A stretch of DNA of 33,905 bases. Origin: Saprolegnia diclina VS20. Lineage: Eukaryota. A program made the translations under genes and the position numbers. The stretch lies in contig NW_008246153.1 in the NCBI RefSeq assembly GCF_000281045.1, positions 64,064-97,968 of the forward strand. Reading direction: 5' to 3'. Below the pieces are notes generated by a model. That model was not told the origin of the DNA. It worked only from the letters and a program-made list of their open reading frames with translations, and did no database searches. Positions 1-9,703 of the stretch are shown piece after piece. How positions within the stretch are numbered: the first letter of the stretch is position 1; each line of letters begins with the position of its first letter.

Positions 1-378
1 ATGAACGCCAACATTGACGCGCTCGCGTCGCGCGGCCCGCACTCCAAGTACTCGCTGCCGAAGGAGAACCTCGTCGGGAAGCTCGAGCTGACGCTGGCCG
101 AAAACTACATGGAAGGCATTGCTTGCTCGCTCGACTCGATCGGCTTCAAGGCCTTCCACGAAGCGACCAAGCACGTCAAGGGCGAATCCAACCCGTACTC
201 GATCATGGGGTCGCTCCCGCTGGTCCGCGACCTCCAACGCGCGGGCTTGGACTTGACGCTCACGGGCTTTGGCAAGAGCTCGGTCTACCACGGCGACAAT
301 GAGTACTGCCTCCTCAGCGACATGGTCGATGGCATCCGCATGCTCGGCCGCTTCATCCACAACGTCGACAGCGCGTAA
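1..378 (+). CDS. M20-family metallopeptidase / acetylornithine deacetylase-like, 3' end (gene starts before the window)
   Basis: C-terminal M20 motifs (GSLPLVRDLQ, GFGKSSVYHGDNEYC with the metal-ligand His). About 76% aa identical (95/125 by manual count) to the C-terminus of the next gene. Confidence 0.85.
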   Translation: MNANIDALASRGPHSKYSLPKENLVGKLELTLAENYMEGIACSLDSIGFKAFHEATKHVKGESNPYSIMGSLPLVRDLQRAGLDLTLTGFGKSSVYHGDNEYCLLSDMVDGIRMLGRFIHNVDSA

Positions 379-1204
379 ACGCCATCGACGTTGCGTGTCT
401 ATAAATGCAAATAAGACGTAGTCCTTATCGTGTACCGTCCGAGTCGAGCGACCTGCTAGTCGACTTTAGACGCGCGCTACGCTCGGCAAGCAACTGCGTA
501 CCTGGTACTGCGCTGGCAACAGCTGTTGGCGAAGCGGCGTCGAGAAGACAAGGTGTCGTGGTGTCGGACCGTCGGAGTTCAAACCACGCTGTCCGCGAGG
601 TCTTTGAGGCACAATTACGATGATGAGAGACGAAGCTGGAGGAAGGACGAGCCATATTCCGCACCCGTAGCATGCACGACGAACGACGTGCTCTTCACGT
701 CGCCCACTGGCACCCTGGGTGCAACCTCTCTTAAGTGCGACAAATAGGCATACAAGACAGAGGTGAATTGGACTTGGCGAGGCGCACTTAACGTTCTCCG
801 ATTGGCTGTTGGCAACGCCCAGCTGCCACGTCATTGGCACACCACACGTAGCCCGCACCCTTGACGCTGCCTGCAACGTCCGCGCACTCTTCTTACGCGT
901 CCTTGTGGATCTCTCTGTGTAGGCTGAGCGTGTACCGTAGAACGACGCAGAGGACTCCAGCATCGACTTGGCATGAGCTTATGATGCACGAGTACTACAG
1001 TTTGCGATACTTCTCGACGGCGGCTGCAATTCGAGAAGCTTGAGAAGGAGGCTGCCCTTCATGACCCTTGCGCCTTGTGCCTTCGTCTGTCCTTTGCACG
1101 AAGGAGCTCTGCGACGAGGCGTTTGTCGCACGTTCAAGTTGCACATAGAGCGCGCGTCCAACAGGCCGGTTGGATGACTTCTGCCTCATCGGCTTATTTG
1201 CCGG

Positions 1205-1218
1205 TCATTTCGCCTTTT
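1205..1218 (+). promoter_or_regulatory. Oomycete-type INR/FPR core promoter element
   Basis: TCATTTCGCCTTTT matches the TCATTYBNNNWTTY consensus and lies 20 nt upstream of ATG 1239. Confidence 0.55.
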
Positions 1219-1238
1219 GCTTGTTGCTACTCGACACG

Positions 1239-2808
1239 ATGGCCTCGGTCTTGGACCTCGCGCTCGACGCAGACACCTACATCGCTCTCCTCTCCAAGTT
1301 TATGGATGTCGCCGTACGACGCTCGCTCTGTCACCACTCTCGTACCTTTTCGCTGTAGGAACACGTCCAGAACGCGCCGAGTCTGGGGCTGATCCCGAAA
1401 GAAGACTTGATCTCGGACATCGTCCTTGAAGAATTGAGCCCGTACCTCAAGCAGAACGGCGGTGTCATCGAGGCCAAGCGCATCGCCTTCCACGAAGGCC
1501 GCGGCCATCTCATCCTCCAGTACCCCGGCGCCACCAAGCCGGAGGAAACCATCAACTTTGTGGGCATGCACATGGACGTTGTGCCCGCCAACCCGGAAGG
1601 CTGGGAGCGCGACCCGTTCAAGCTGAGCGTCGAAGGCGACAAGCTCTACGGGCGNNNNNNNNNNNNNNNNNNNNNNNNNNNNNNNNNNNNNNNNNNNNNN
1701 NNNNNNNNNNNNNNNNNNNNNNNNNNNNNNNNNNNNNNNNNNNNNNNNNNNNNNNNNNNNNNNNNNNNNNNNNNNNNNNNNNNNNNNNNNNNNNNNNNNN
1801 NNNNNNNNNNNNNNNNNNNNNNNNNNNNNNNNNNNNNNNNNNNNNNNNNNNNNNNNNNNNNNNNNNNNNNNNNNNNNNNNNNNNNNNNNNNNNNNNNNNN
1901 NNNNNNNNNNNNNNNNNNNNNNNNNNNNNNNNNNNNNNNNNNNNNNNNNNNNNNNNNNNNNNNNNNNNNNNNNNNNNNNNNNNNNNNNNNNNNNNNNNNN
2001 NNNNNNNNNNNNNNNNNNNNNNNNNNNNNNNNNNNNNNNNNNNNNNNNNNNNNNNNNNNNNNNNNNNNNNNNNNNNNNNNNNNNNNNNNNNNNNNNNNNN
2101 NNNNNNNNNNNNNNNNNNNNNNNNNNNNNNNNNNNNNNNNNNNNNNNNNNNNNNNNNNNNNNNNNNNNNNNNNNNNNNNNNNNNNNNNNNNNNNNNNNNN
2201 NNNNNNNNNNNNNNNNNNNNNNNNNNNNNNNNNNNNNNNNNNNNNNNNNNNNNNNNNNNNNNNNNNNNNNNNNNNNNNNNNNNNNNNNNNNNNNNNNNNN
2301 NNNNNNNNNNNNNNNNNNNNNNNNNNNNNNNNNNNNNNNNNNNNNNNNNNNNNNNNNNNNNNNNNNNNNNNNNNNNNNNNNNNNNNNNNNNNNNNNNNNN
2401 NNNNNNNNNNNNNNNNNNNNNNNNNNNGAGATGAACGAGGACATTTCGGCGCTCGAGGGCCGTGGCCCGCACTCCAAGTACACGCTCCCGAAGGAAGAGT
2501 TGGTCGGGAAGCTCGAGCTCACGCTCGGCGACCACTCGATCGAAGGCATTGCGTGCGCGCTCGACTCGATCGGCTTCCAGTCGTTCAGCAATGCGACCAA
2601 GGAGGTCAAGGGCGAGTCGACCCCGTTTGCGATCATGGGGTCGCTCCCGCTGGTCCGCGACCTCCAGCGCGCGGGCTTGGACCTGACGCTCGCGGGCTTT
2701 GGCAAGAGCTCCGTGTACCACGGTGACAACGAGTTTTGCTCGTTGGCCGATATGCAAGACGCGCTTCTGATCCTCGGCCGCTTCATCCACAACGTCGACA
2801 GCGCGTAA
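1239..2808 (+). CDS. M20-family metallopeptidase / acetylornithine deacetylase-like, tandem paralog 2 (middle lies in an assembly gap)
   Basis: Exon 1 is 1239-1313 (MASVLDL...MDVA), followed by a GT-AG intron at 1314-1358 and an in-frame exon with FVGMHMDVVPA...WERDPFKL..EGDKLYG (M20 HxD motif). After the gap at 1655-2427 the C-terminus is GFGKSSVYHGDNE...DSA*. Confidence 0.88.
1655..2427. other. Assembly gap (N run)
   Basis: Run of N. Confidence 1.
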
Positions 2809-3125
2809 ATCCCTCCCGTGAACTGTCGTCAGCATCTGATACTTCATTCTTCGTGCTTCTTTGTTGAGCTATTGAGGAGGTGGGCACTTCACTGTGGACG
2901 TACCTGTCTCGAGCTCCCGCTAGTTCGGAGGATCAGTCGGTCGCATTCCCTCTACATATAGACAGGCCGAGCCTGTTGGTGTTGCAGCAGCCTTCACTGG
3001 CGCCGCGTCTGTAAGGTTAGCGCAGCAGGCGACGCAGCAAGGCCATTCGATGAGAGACTCGACGTTAGAAGTCGGTGTTGCGCTCGACGAGCACTGTCAA
3101 GGTTTGGCGGCGCTTGCCGGCAGCC

Positions 3126-3206
3126 GATTGGCTGGCAAAACATGTCGCAGAACCTTTGCGCGCATATGATTGGTAGAAAAGAGTGGCGCGGTGATTGGCG
3201 GATTGG
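3126..3206. promoter_or_regulatory. Cluster of four reverse CCAAT boxes (GATTGG)
   Basis: GATTGG at 3126, 3168, 3193 and 3201, directly upstream of ATG 3236. Confidence 0.5.
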
Positions 3207-3235
3207 CTGCGCTGGGCATTCGGGCGACGGAGACG

Positions 3236-4468
3236 ATGGCCCGCAAGAAGCCCCGCTGCATCGTGTGCCAGAAGATCGTGCGGGGCATTACGATCTGGTG
3301 CGACAACTGCAGCTTCCACTTCGCCGTCAACAAGCCGCCAGAGGTCATCGACCTCCTCTCGTCGTCTTCTTCCGACGACGAAGACGACGATGCGCCCATC
3401 GCGCCACGGCCGGCCAACGGCAAGTCGCGCGCAGCCTCGCCCAAGCCAGTTGCGCCCGCCGAGGACGAAGTCAAGCCCTGCGCTGCATCGACCAAGCCAG
3501 CGGCGGAGGCCGAGGCCGAGGCCAAGCCCCGCGCAGCCTCGAAACGCCATGCGCCCGCATCGCCCATCACCAACGCGCCAGCGACAGCGCATACAAAGCG
3601 ACCCAAGACCGAGACAAAGACGATTGCCAAGCCTGCGCAAGCTGCGACAACGACGTCGTCCGCAATGCCAGAGACCGCGCCTGCCATTGTCGACAAGTCG
3701 GTTGCAGTCGCACCGCCCGATGCACCGTCAGCGTCAAGCACACCTCGAGCGCCTGTTGATCCGACGCCCACACCAAGTGCGCAGCCTGCACCTGCGTCTC
3801 CAGCACATGAAAGGCGACACGTACCCTACACAAAACCAGCACCTTCTACCAAGCCCGTGAAAGCGGCCGGGACACCGAAGTCGACCGCGATCCGCGTGTG
3901 CAAGCCAGGCCAGTCGATCGTACCAGCGCCACTCCTCGCAGCCAACCCACCTTTACATATGCAGTCTCCTCGCCTCGCGCGGCTCTCGACGCCCCCCGCC
4001 AAGGCCGCGCTACGACGAGATCCGCTGCCCAAGCTCGAGGCGACAGAGAAGAGCTCCCACCGACTGCACCACCGCAGCGTTGGGGAGCGCACCAAAGTTC
4101 ACTCGACCGAGTATCCCTTGCCCAAGAGTGAGATGACCACTGAGGCTACACCAACCTCAACACAGACACTCAAGGTGGGCAAGCGCAAGCGCCATCGACA
4201 AGACAGCGACGACGATGCTGCCCGACCGACGCCGAGCAGCATCAAGTGTGAAGATGGCGCATCCGAAGACGCACCGGCAGCGCCTGCACCGCTCCCGCCA
4301 CCGCCGTCTCTTGGTGCGTGCCACCCGAATTTGTTGCTGCTGATGCAGGCGTGGACGATCCTCGACAGCGACGGGTTCCCGCCCGGTGCGCGCCGCCGCG
4401 GGCTGCTGCAAGCCCGTCGCGCCAAGCGTACGCAACAAATAGAAGACACCACAGCAGTCAATATGTAA
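3236..4468 (+). CDS. Hypothetical nuclear protein with N-terminal CxxC-x10-CxxC Zn ribbon, SIM-like motif and P/A/T/K-rich disordered body
   Basis: Open frame from ATG 3236: CIVC...CDNC, EVIDLLSSSSSDDEDDD, basic KRKRHR (NLS-like). The 3' end may be spliced. Confidence 0.65.
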   Translation: MARKKPRCIVCQKIVRGITIWCDNCSFHFAVNKPPEVIDLLSSSSSDDEDDDAPIAPRPANGKSRAASPKPVAPAEDEVKPCAASTKPAAEAEAEAKPRAASKRHAPASPITNAPATAHTKRPKTETKTIAKPAQAATTTSSAMPETAPAIVDKSVAVAPPDAPSASSTPRAPVDPTPTPSAQPAPASPAHERRHVPYTKPAPSTKPVKAAGTPKSTAIRVCKPGQSIVPAPLLAANPPLHMQSPRLARLSTPPAKAALRRDPLPKLEATEKSSHRLHHRSVGERTKVHSTEYPLPKSEMTTEATPTSTQTLKVGKRKRHRQDSDDDAARPTPSSIKCEDGASEDAPAAPAPLPPPPSLGACHPNLLLLMQAWTILDSDGFPPGARRRGLLQARRAKRTQQIEDTTAVNM

Positions 4469-4620
4469 TACCAACTCGAGTCATTATTAGTCGGCTTCCG
4501 TAGCTCGTAGTTGAGTTGCGTGTGTTTGCCTTGGCCAACGGCAAACTGGCGGAACTGGACGCTCATTGGCCAATATTTGCATAAATTCGAGCATGGACCC
4601 GCGAGGACGAACGACCGAGT

Positions 4621-7617
4621 ATGTGGCTTGCGGCGACCGCAACGATGCTCATGGTATGCTACAGTAGAAGCGCAAAGCCGCTGGCAAACGTCATCGACCT
4701 CATCTCGTCGTCCGACGACGACGACGACGGCTACGTCGTTGTCAACCCACCAGCAGCCCGCCCGCCAGTAGCACGAGAAGCGCCTTCGCCGCGTCCTGCG
4801 TCATCGCTGCGACCAGTACCGTCGCCACCAGCACTGCAATTATCACCGCCGCCAGCGCAGCCACAGCAACGATCGGCGCCGCCAAGAGTCTTTGAGTGGA
4901 CGCCCGCTGTGCTCGAAGTCCTGTCTCGACCGCTCTTATCCCGATGCTTTGACAGCGTCGTGTACAAGAGCAGCGACTTTGGGGCGCCGAAAGCATCGCG
5001 CACGGCCCTCGCCGATGGAGAAAGGAACGTCGCAAAGCGTGCGCTGCTTGTCGCGCCAAGTGCCACAGAAGGCAACCCCGCCAAGCGGCAACGTGACGAC
5101 GCCTGCCCACCGCCTGCCCCTAGCGCAGTGCTGCCGTCCCCGACGCCTGCAAGTGCGGCGACCGGTGCTGTAGCGGCCGACGCGGAAGGCAAGCCCGCAC
5201 CCGTTGTGCCGGGAACTCCCGCCGCGCCGCACGTGGTCACGGTGAAGCGCAAGAAGCCTGGACATCTTTCGACATCGGCGATCGTGTCAAGCCCCGTGAC
5301 CAAGCCTCGACGGGCGCTGCCGCCGCCACCGCCCGTCGGCGAGTGCTCGCACAAGATGCTCCACTTTGTCCAGACATGCGAACTCATCAACGACGAAGAC
5401 GACGTCGATATCAGCGGCTCGGCGGACGACGACGCGGTGATGGTAATCGACTTGGACGACATTCGCACCACTGTGTGGGACGTGGTTGACCTCACCGTCG
5501 AGTCCAACGACGAGTCCGACGACGGGTACGAAGCCTACTCGACCGAATTGTACAAGTCGTCTTCCGACGACGACGACAGCGACATGGACCCGGCGTTCAC
5601 CGACTCGCCGAAAAAGAAGACGAGCACGAAGACAAGGAAGCGCGTCGACGGCGTCTGCTTCCTCTGTGACAAGCCCGCCGACGGGACCAAGCCCGGTGTC
5701 TATTGCGGTGGCTGCGAGCGCGTGTACCACACGGCGTGTGCGATCGAGTATGGCCAAGAGGCTGTCTGCTGGGAGTGCGAAGAGCGCGAAATCATCGACG
5801 ACGACGAGCTCTCGGAGACGGACCGCGACCGGACGCACGCCATGTTGCATGGGCTCCGCGAGGTCAAGAAGGAGCCGGTGGCCAATGCAGCGAGTGCGCG
5901 TCCTCGGGTCGTCGAGGGGTGGCGCCAGTTTCTGGACGAGCACACGGCGCCGTACCACGCCGACTTTGAGCGCTTCACGCGCGAGATTGAGAACCGGACG
6001 GGCTTCTCCACGACGCTCGAGGCCGACTTGCAAAAGGTGTTTTGCCACTTTGCCGACCAGCAGATCAAGGCCGAAGCGCTCGAAGCCAAGCAGCAGGCCG
6101 CCCACGACGCCCCAAGTGACCCACCGCTGCTCGCGACGACGGCCGCCGCAGTTGCCACGATCTTTCCGAGCAACGACGACGACGACCGTCGCGTGCCGCC
6201 CGCTGCGCCCGCGCCGATCTTCAAGATGACGATAGTCAACGGCCTCACCAAGCTCGTCGAGCAAGCGGAAGCCGACATGAGAAATGCAAAGCTCCGGGCG
6301 CCCGAGAAGCGCTCGGCGGCCCCGCGCGTGTTTGCCGTGCGACGAGAGGTGAGCGGCGACGGGTCGAATGCCAACCCGATCACGCTCAGCAGCGACAGTG
6401 ATGACGATGACGACGTGGCGCCGAGACCGGTACGAGGAATGCGCGCAGCAGTACCCGCGATGCACTGTGTGGCCGCCGACCTGACCGTCTCCGATAGCAA
6501 CGAAGAAGGCGCGAGTGAGCCAACAGGGGCGGCGGGGACCTACCCCGCCCCGCCGGTGCTGCCCACCGTCGCTTTGGCACCGGCGTTTGCACCAACACAC
6601 ACACAAGAAGCTGAAGATTCGCGGGGCGTCAACACCGACTACCCGGCGCCTCCCGTAGTCGGAGTCGGTCCGTGTCGACGAGTCGCACCGAAAGCGTCCG
6701 ATGCCACGTACCCGAGTCCACCGCGTCTGTCGCCAGCAACGGCCGTCAGTGCGTCGTACCCAGGGCCACCGAGTCTCCCAGTCGTACAAGCTACAGACGA
6801 CATGTCCTACCCAGCACCGCCCGTCGTTCAAGTTGCGCCCAAACCAGCGATTGACACGCCGTTGGAGGCGGACGGCGATGCTTTGTACCCTGCGCCACCG
6901 AGTCTGTTGGTCAAGAACCCAGCGAACAACCTCGAGCACCCGCGAGGTGAGCTCCCGCAGACGAATTCCCTTGTGGCACGTGCCAACTCCGACGAAGACG
7001 CCTACCCAGCGCCGCCGACCTTGATGGCACGCGTCGACGCCTCGTCACCAAGTACTGGAAGCCTGTACCCAAGCCCACCGCGTCTGTTGCCGACACCTTC
7101 CACTGGGTATCCTGGGCTCCCGGTCGAAGCAGACGACGTGCTCTACCCGGCGCCACCGGCCATGGGCACAAGAACGTTGGAGGCTGCGCCGCGTGTGCAG
7201 CTGGAGGCCGATGACGGCGATGCGTCTTGTTACCCAGCACCACCAAGTCGATGCGTCGTGGGCAAGCCGGATGCGGTCCCTCGTCCAGCTGTTGAAGATG
7301 CCGACCCAGCGCCGCCGACCTTGAAGGCGCGTGCCGACGCCGCCTCGCCAAGCGCAAGCGCCGACACCACGTACCCGAGCCCTCCGCGGTTACGAGCGGC
7401 GGTAACACCAACTAGCGCATCGTCGCAGCGCCCATCGCGATCGCTTGACGTCGACGACGACGTGCGGTATCCCGGTCCGCCGCGTCTACCTCTGGTGGGG
7501 GTCGTCGCTGCAGGCGCCTTGGCACCACGCCCGGCCGACAGTGCGTGCGACAACCCGCCCCACGTATCCTCTCGCGACCGACCCACTGCCGCCTTGTACT
7601 CGGGGCCACCACTGTAG
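4621..7617 (+). CDS. PHD-finger protein with several SIM-like motifs and a C-terminal YPxPP repeat array
   Basis: 998-aa ORF with a C4HC3 finger CFLC-x12-CGGC-x4-H-x2-C-x9-CWEC (5656-5778), VIDL/VVDLT motifs next to acidic tracts, and about 14 YP[ASG]PP-like motifs. The exact start is uncertain. Confidence 0.75.
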   Translation: MWLAATATMLMVCYSRSAKPLANVIDLISSSDDDDDGYVVVNPPAARPPVAREAPSPRPASSLRPVPSPPALQLSPPPAQPQQRSAPPRVFEWTPAVLEVLSRPLLSRCFDSVVYKSSDFGAPKASRTALADGERNVAKRALLVAPSATEGNPAKRQRDDACPPPAPSAVLPSPTPASAATGAVAADAEGKPAPVVPGTPAAPHVVTVKRKKPGHLSTSAIVSSPVTKPRRALPPPPPVGECSHKMLHFVQTCELINDEDDVDISGSADDDAVMVIDLDDIRTTVWDVVDLTVESNDESDDGYEAYSTELYKSSSDDDDSDMDPAFTDSPKKKTSTKTRKRVDGVCFLCDKPADGTKPGVYCGGCERVYHTACAIEYGQEAVCWECEEREIIDDDELSETDRDRTHAMLHGLREVKKEPVANAASARPRVVEGWRQFLDEHTAPYHADFERFTREIENRTGFSTTLEADLQKVFCHFADQQIKAEALEAKQQAAHDAPSDPPLLATTAAAVATIFPSNDDDDRRVPPAAPAPIFKMTIVNGLTKLVEQAEADMRNAKLRAPEKRSAAPRVFAVRREVSGDGSNANPITLSSDSDDDDDVAPRPVRGMRAAVPAMHCVAADLTVSDSNEEGASEPTGAAGTYPAPPVLPTVALAPAFAPTHTQEAEDSRGVNTDYPAPPVVGVGPCRRVAPKASDATYPSPPRLSPATAVSASYPGPPSLPVVQATDDMSYPAPPVVQVAPKPAIDTPLEADGDALYPAPPSLLVKNPANNLEHPRGELPQTNSLVARANSDEDAYPAPPTLMARVDASSPSTGSLYPSPPRLLPTPSTGYPGLPVEADDVLYPAPPAMGTRTLEAAPRVQLEADDGDASCYPAPPSRCVVGKPDAVPRPAVEDADPAPPTLKARADAASPSASADTTYPSPPRLRAAVTPTSASSQRPSRSLDVDDDVRYPGPPRLPLVGVVAAGALAPRPADSACDNPPHVSSRDRPTAALYSGPPL
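6541..7614 (+). repeat. Coding dispersed repeat array of YP[A/S/G]PP motifs
   Basis: Recurrent YPAPP/YPSPP/YPGPP. An internal DNA duplication is visible (about 6991-7052 vs 7291-7352, ACCCAGCGCCGCCGACCTTGA shared). Confidence 0.85.
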
Positions 7618-7713
7618 CCAGCGTGTGCTTCGGTGTGTTGAGTAAGCCGAAGCATCGTGCAAGTGTAATATGGAGCTCTATGTGAGGGTGGAGGGTGTGG
7701 GGTATGTCTACTA

Positions 7714-8670
7714 CTACTGCTGGGGCTTGCCGGGCCGCGCCTTGTTGATGGCCATTGACACGTGCAGGCGGCGGCCGTCAAACTCGCTGCCGCTGAGCTT
7801 CAAGGCCTCAGCCGCGTTCTCGACGGACGCAAACGTGACGTGGGCAAACGACTTGGTGCCGTTCGCTGGCATGCGCACCGTGCGGATGTCGCCGCAGTGC
7901 TCAAACATGGCCCGGAGCGTGTCTTCGTCGACGTCGGTCGGGAGGTTGGCGATGAAGACGGTGCTGATGTGGCGCGCCGGCTCCTCCCGCAATGGCGTTG
8001 AAAACGGCGCGTAGTTGACGTTCATGAGGCGGCCCTGGACGTACTTGTGCGCGAGCTGGACGGCCGCGTCCGTGCTCTCTGTTTTTTCAAAGTCGATAAA
8101 GCCATAGCCCTTGGAGCGACCCGTCGCGGGATCGCGCATGAGCACGATCTTGGCGATCGGCCCGCAGTGTTCGAAGAGGTCGTGGATGTTGTCCTCGGTC
8201 GTCTTGAACGGCACGTTGGCGAAGAAGACCTTGAGGCAGTTCTCAGGCTTGGGGCTCGGCGTCACGGCGCGCTCCTCCGAAAGGCGCACACGCATCCAGC
8301 GCGTGCCACAGACCTTGCCGTCCATGGCCAGCGCGGCATGGGCCTCGGCCCCGGACGCAAACGTGATGATACACGTGCCCTTGGGTCGGCCATCTAAATG
8401 GGACGTCATGTCGATGGCCTCGATCGTGCCAAACTCGGCGAAGAGCGACGCGAGGTCTTCCTTGGAGGTCGCGTACGGCAGACCACCGACCCAGACGCGC
8501 GGGTTGCCCATGTTTGGCGCGTCCGTCGAGAAGGCGCGCAGCGGCAGCGCCATGGCCATCTCCGGCAGCTGGCGCATGGGCAGGCAGGCGGCCGTCATCG
8601 GCAGGCGCATCGAAGCGACCTTGAGCGCGCCGGCACGGGCGACGCGGGCGCCAAGATTCCGCAGGAGCAT
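7714..8670 (-). CDS. Triple-RRM RNA-binding protein with predicted mitochondrial presequence
   Basis: RNP2/RNP1 pairs VWVGGL/KGTCIITF, VFFANV/KGYGFIDF and VFIANL/KSFAHVTF. The Arg/Leu/Ala-rich, acid-poor N-terminus ends in LRAFS. Confidence 0.9.
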   Translation of the reverse strand: MLLRNLGARVARAGALKVASMRLPMTAACLPMRQLPEMAMALPLRAFSTDAPNMGNPRVWVGGLPYATSKEDLASLFAEFGTIEAIDMTSHLDGRPKGTCIITFASGAEAHAALAMDGKVCGTRWMRVRLSEERAVTPSPKPENCLKVFFANVPFKTTEDNIHDLFEHCGPIAKIVLMRDPATGRSKGYGFIDFEKTESTDAAVQLAHKYVQGRLMNVNYAPFSTPLREEPARHISTVFIANLPTDVDEDTLRAMFEHCGDIRTVRMPANGTKSFAHVTFASVENAAEALKLSGSEFDGRRLHVSMAINKARPGKPQQ

Positions 8671-8738
8671 GCTGATGGAAAATGGTTGGCGAACGCGGCA
8701 AGATATCCGGATACCGGCATCGTATCCGAACGCAAGCG

Positions 8739-9679
8739 ATGTGGGAGGAAGGTCTCGTCGCCGGCGATCTTGTGGGCCTGCCCGTGAAGCTGCGCGCCCG
8801 CTTCTACGGCGACAGCACCGTGGGCCTGCATGTGCTCGAGTGCCCGGACGAGATCGGCCTCGGCAACATGGCCTTCACGGAGGCGACCTACTGCGACGGG
8901 CCCAACGGCCTCAAGTACGTCCAGTTCTCGGCCAACGTGTCAACGCCCGAGTTCACCATCGTGCTGCGCCTCGTGGGCACCTACGATACGACGCATGGCC
9001 TGCGCGGCAAGTGGTTCAACGCGACCAACAACCTCCATGGCACTGGTGGCTTCCACTTTGGCGTCGTCGACGGCGATGGACCGGCGCTCGATGCCATCTC
9101 GCCGCTTTATCCGCTCGCGCCGGGTACCTACACCTTTCGTGGCGGCGCGATCGGCGCCAATGGCCGTGTCTACGCTTCTCGCATCACGCTGCAGCTGCTC
9201 GACGAAGGCCGCGTCGAAGGCTACGTCCAGGAACACTTTGTGCCACAGGTCGCCATGTCTCTCTCTGTTCGGTCGTTGAACCCTTGCTGTAGCAATGCGC
9301 GCTAGCCGGATCTTGGACGCGCAATCAGATCTCGTGGCACATTACGTACGTCGTCGAGGGCGTCGGCAGCGAGTACGTCTACTACGGCACGCCGACCCAG
9401 CGACTGCTGCGCGGCGCGTGGCAGCGCTGCGACGTCGACGAGATCGAGTCGCTCGCCGCCGAGAGCGGTCGCTTCGACTACGAGCTCGAACACGCCGACC
9501 GGCGCTGGTGCCGCAAGTACCACAAGTACTTCCCACCCACGTTCCAGATAGTGGCGCGGACGCTGCTGCTCTCGCGCCGCGGCCGCCGCAGCGGTCTCTT
9601 GCCGTCCGACCTCTGGTGTCACGTGTTTACCTATATCAACTACGACTGGTTTGCGTCCCGCGTGCTCGACACGCCGTAA
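8739..9679 (+). CDS. Hypothetical beta-rich protein with C-terminal F-box-like motif (2 exons, about 298 aa)
   Basis: Exon 8739-9248, GT-AG intron 9249-9292 (44 nt), in-frame exon 9293-9679 ending ...LLPSDLWCHVFTYINYDWFASRVLDTP*. Confidence 0.75.
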
Positions 9680-9703
9680 TAACAAGTGTATTGGCAACCT
9701 CGA

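Noticed and set aside
379..1200. Several 60-165 aa ORFs between the M20 genes
   Set aside because: No recognisable motifs or coding-like codon bias. The region reads as intergenic/promoter sequence containing ATTGG boxes.
5287..6939. Long antisense ORFs here and at 17085-18683, 19886-21562, 21693-23213 and 26785-27924
   Set aside because: These are shadows of GC3-rich genes on the opposite strand, with no independent motifs.
7670..7720. Plus-strand peptide VEGVGYVYY resembling VEGVGSEYVYY in the 8739-9679 gene
   Set aside because: The match is very short, lies in the 3' flank antisense to the RRM gene, and does not extend. Likely chance.
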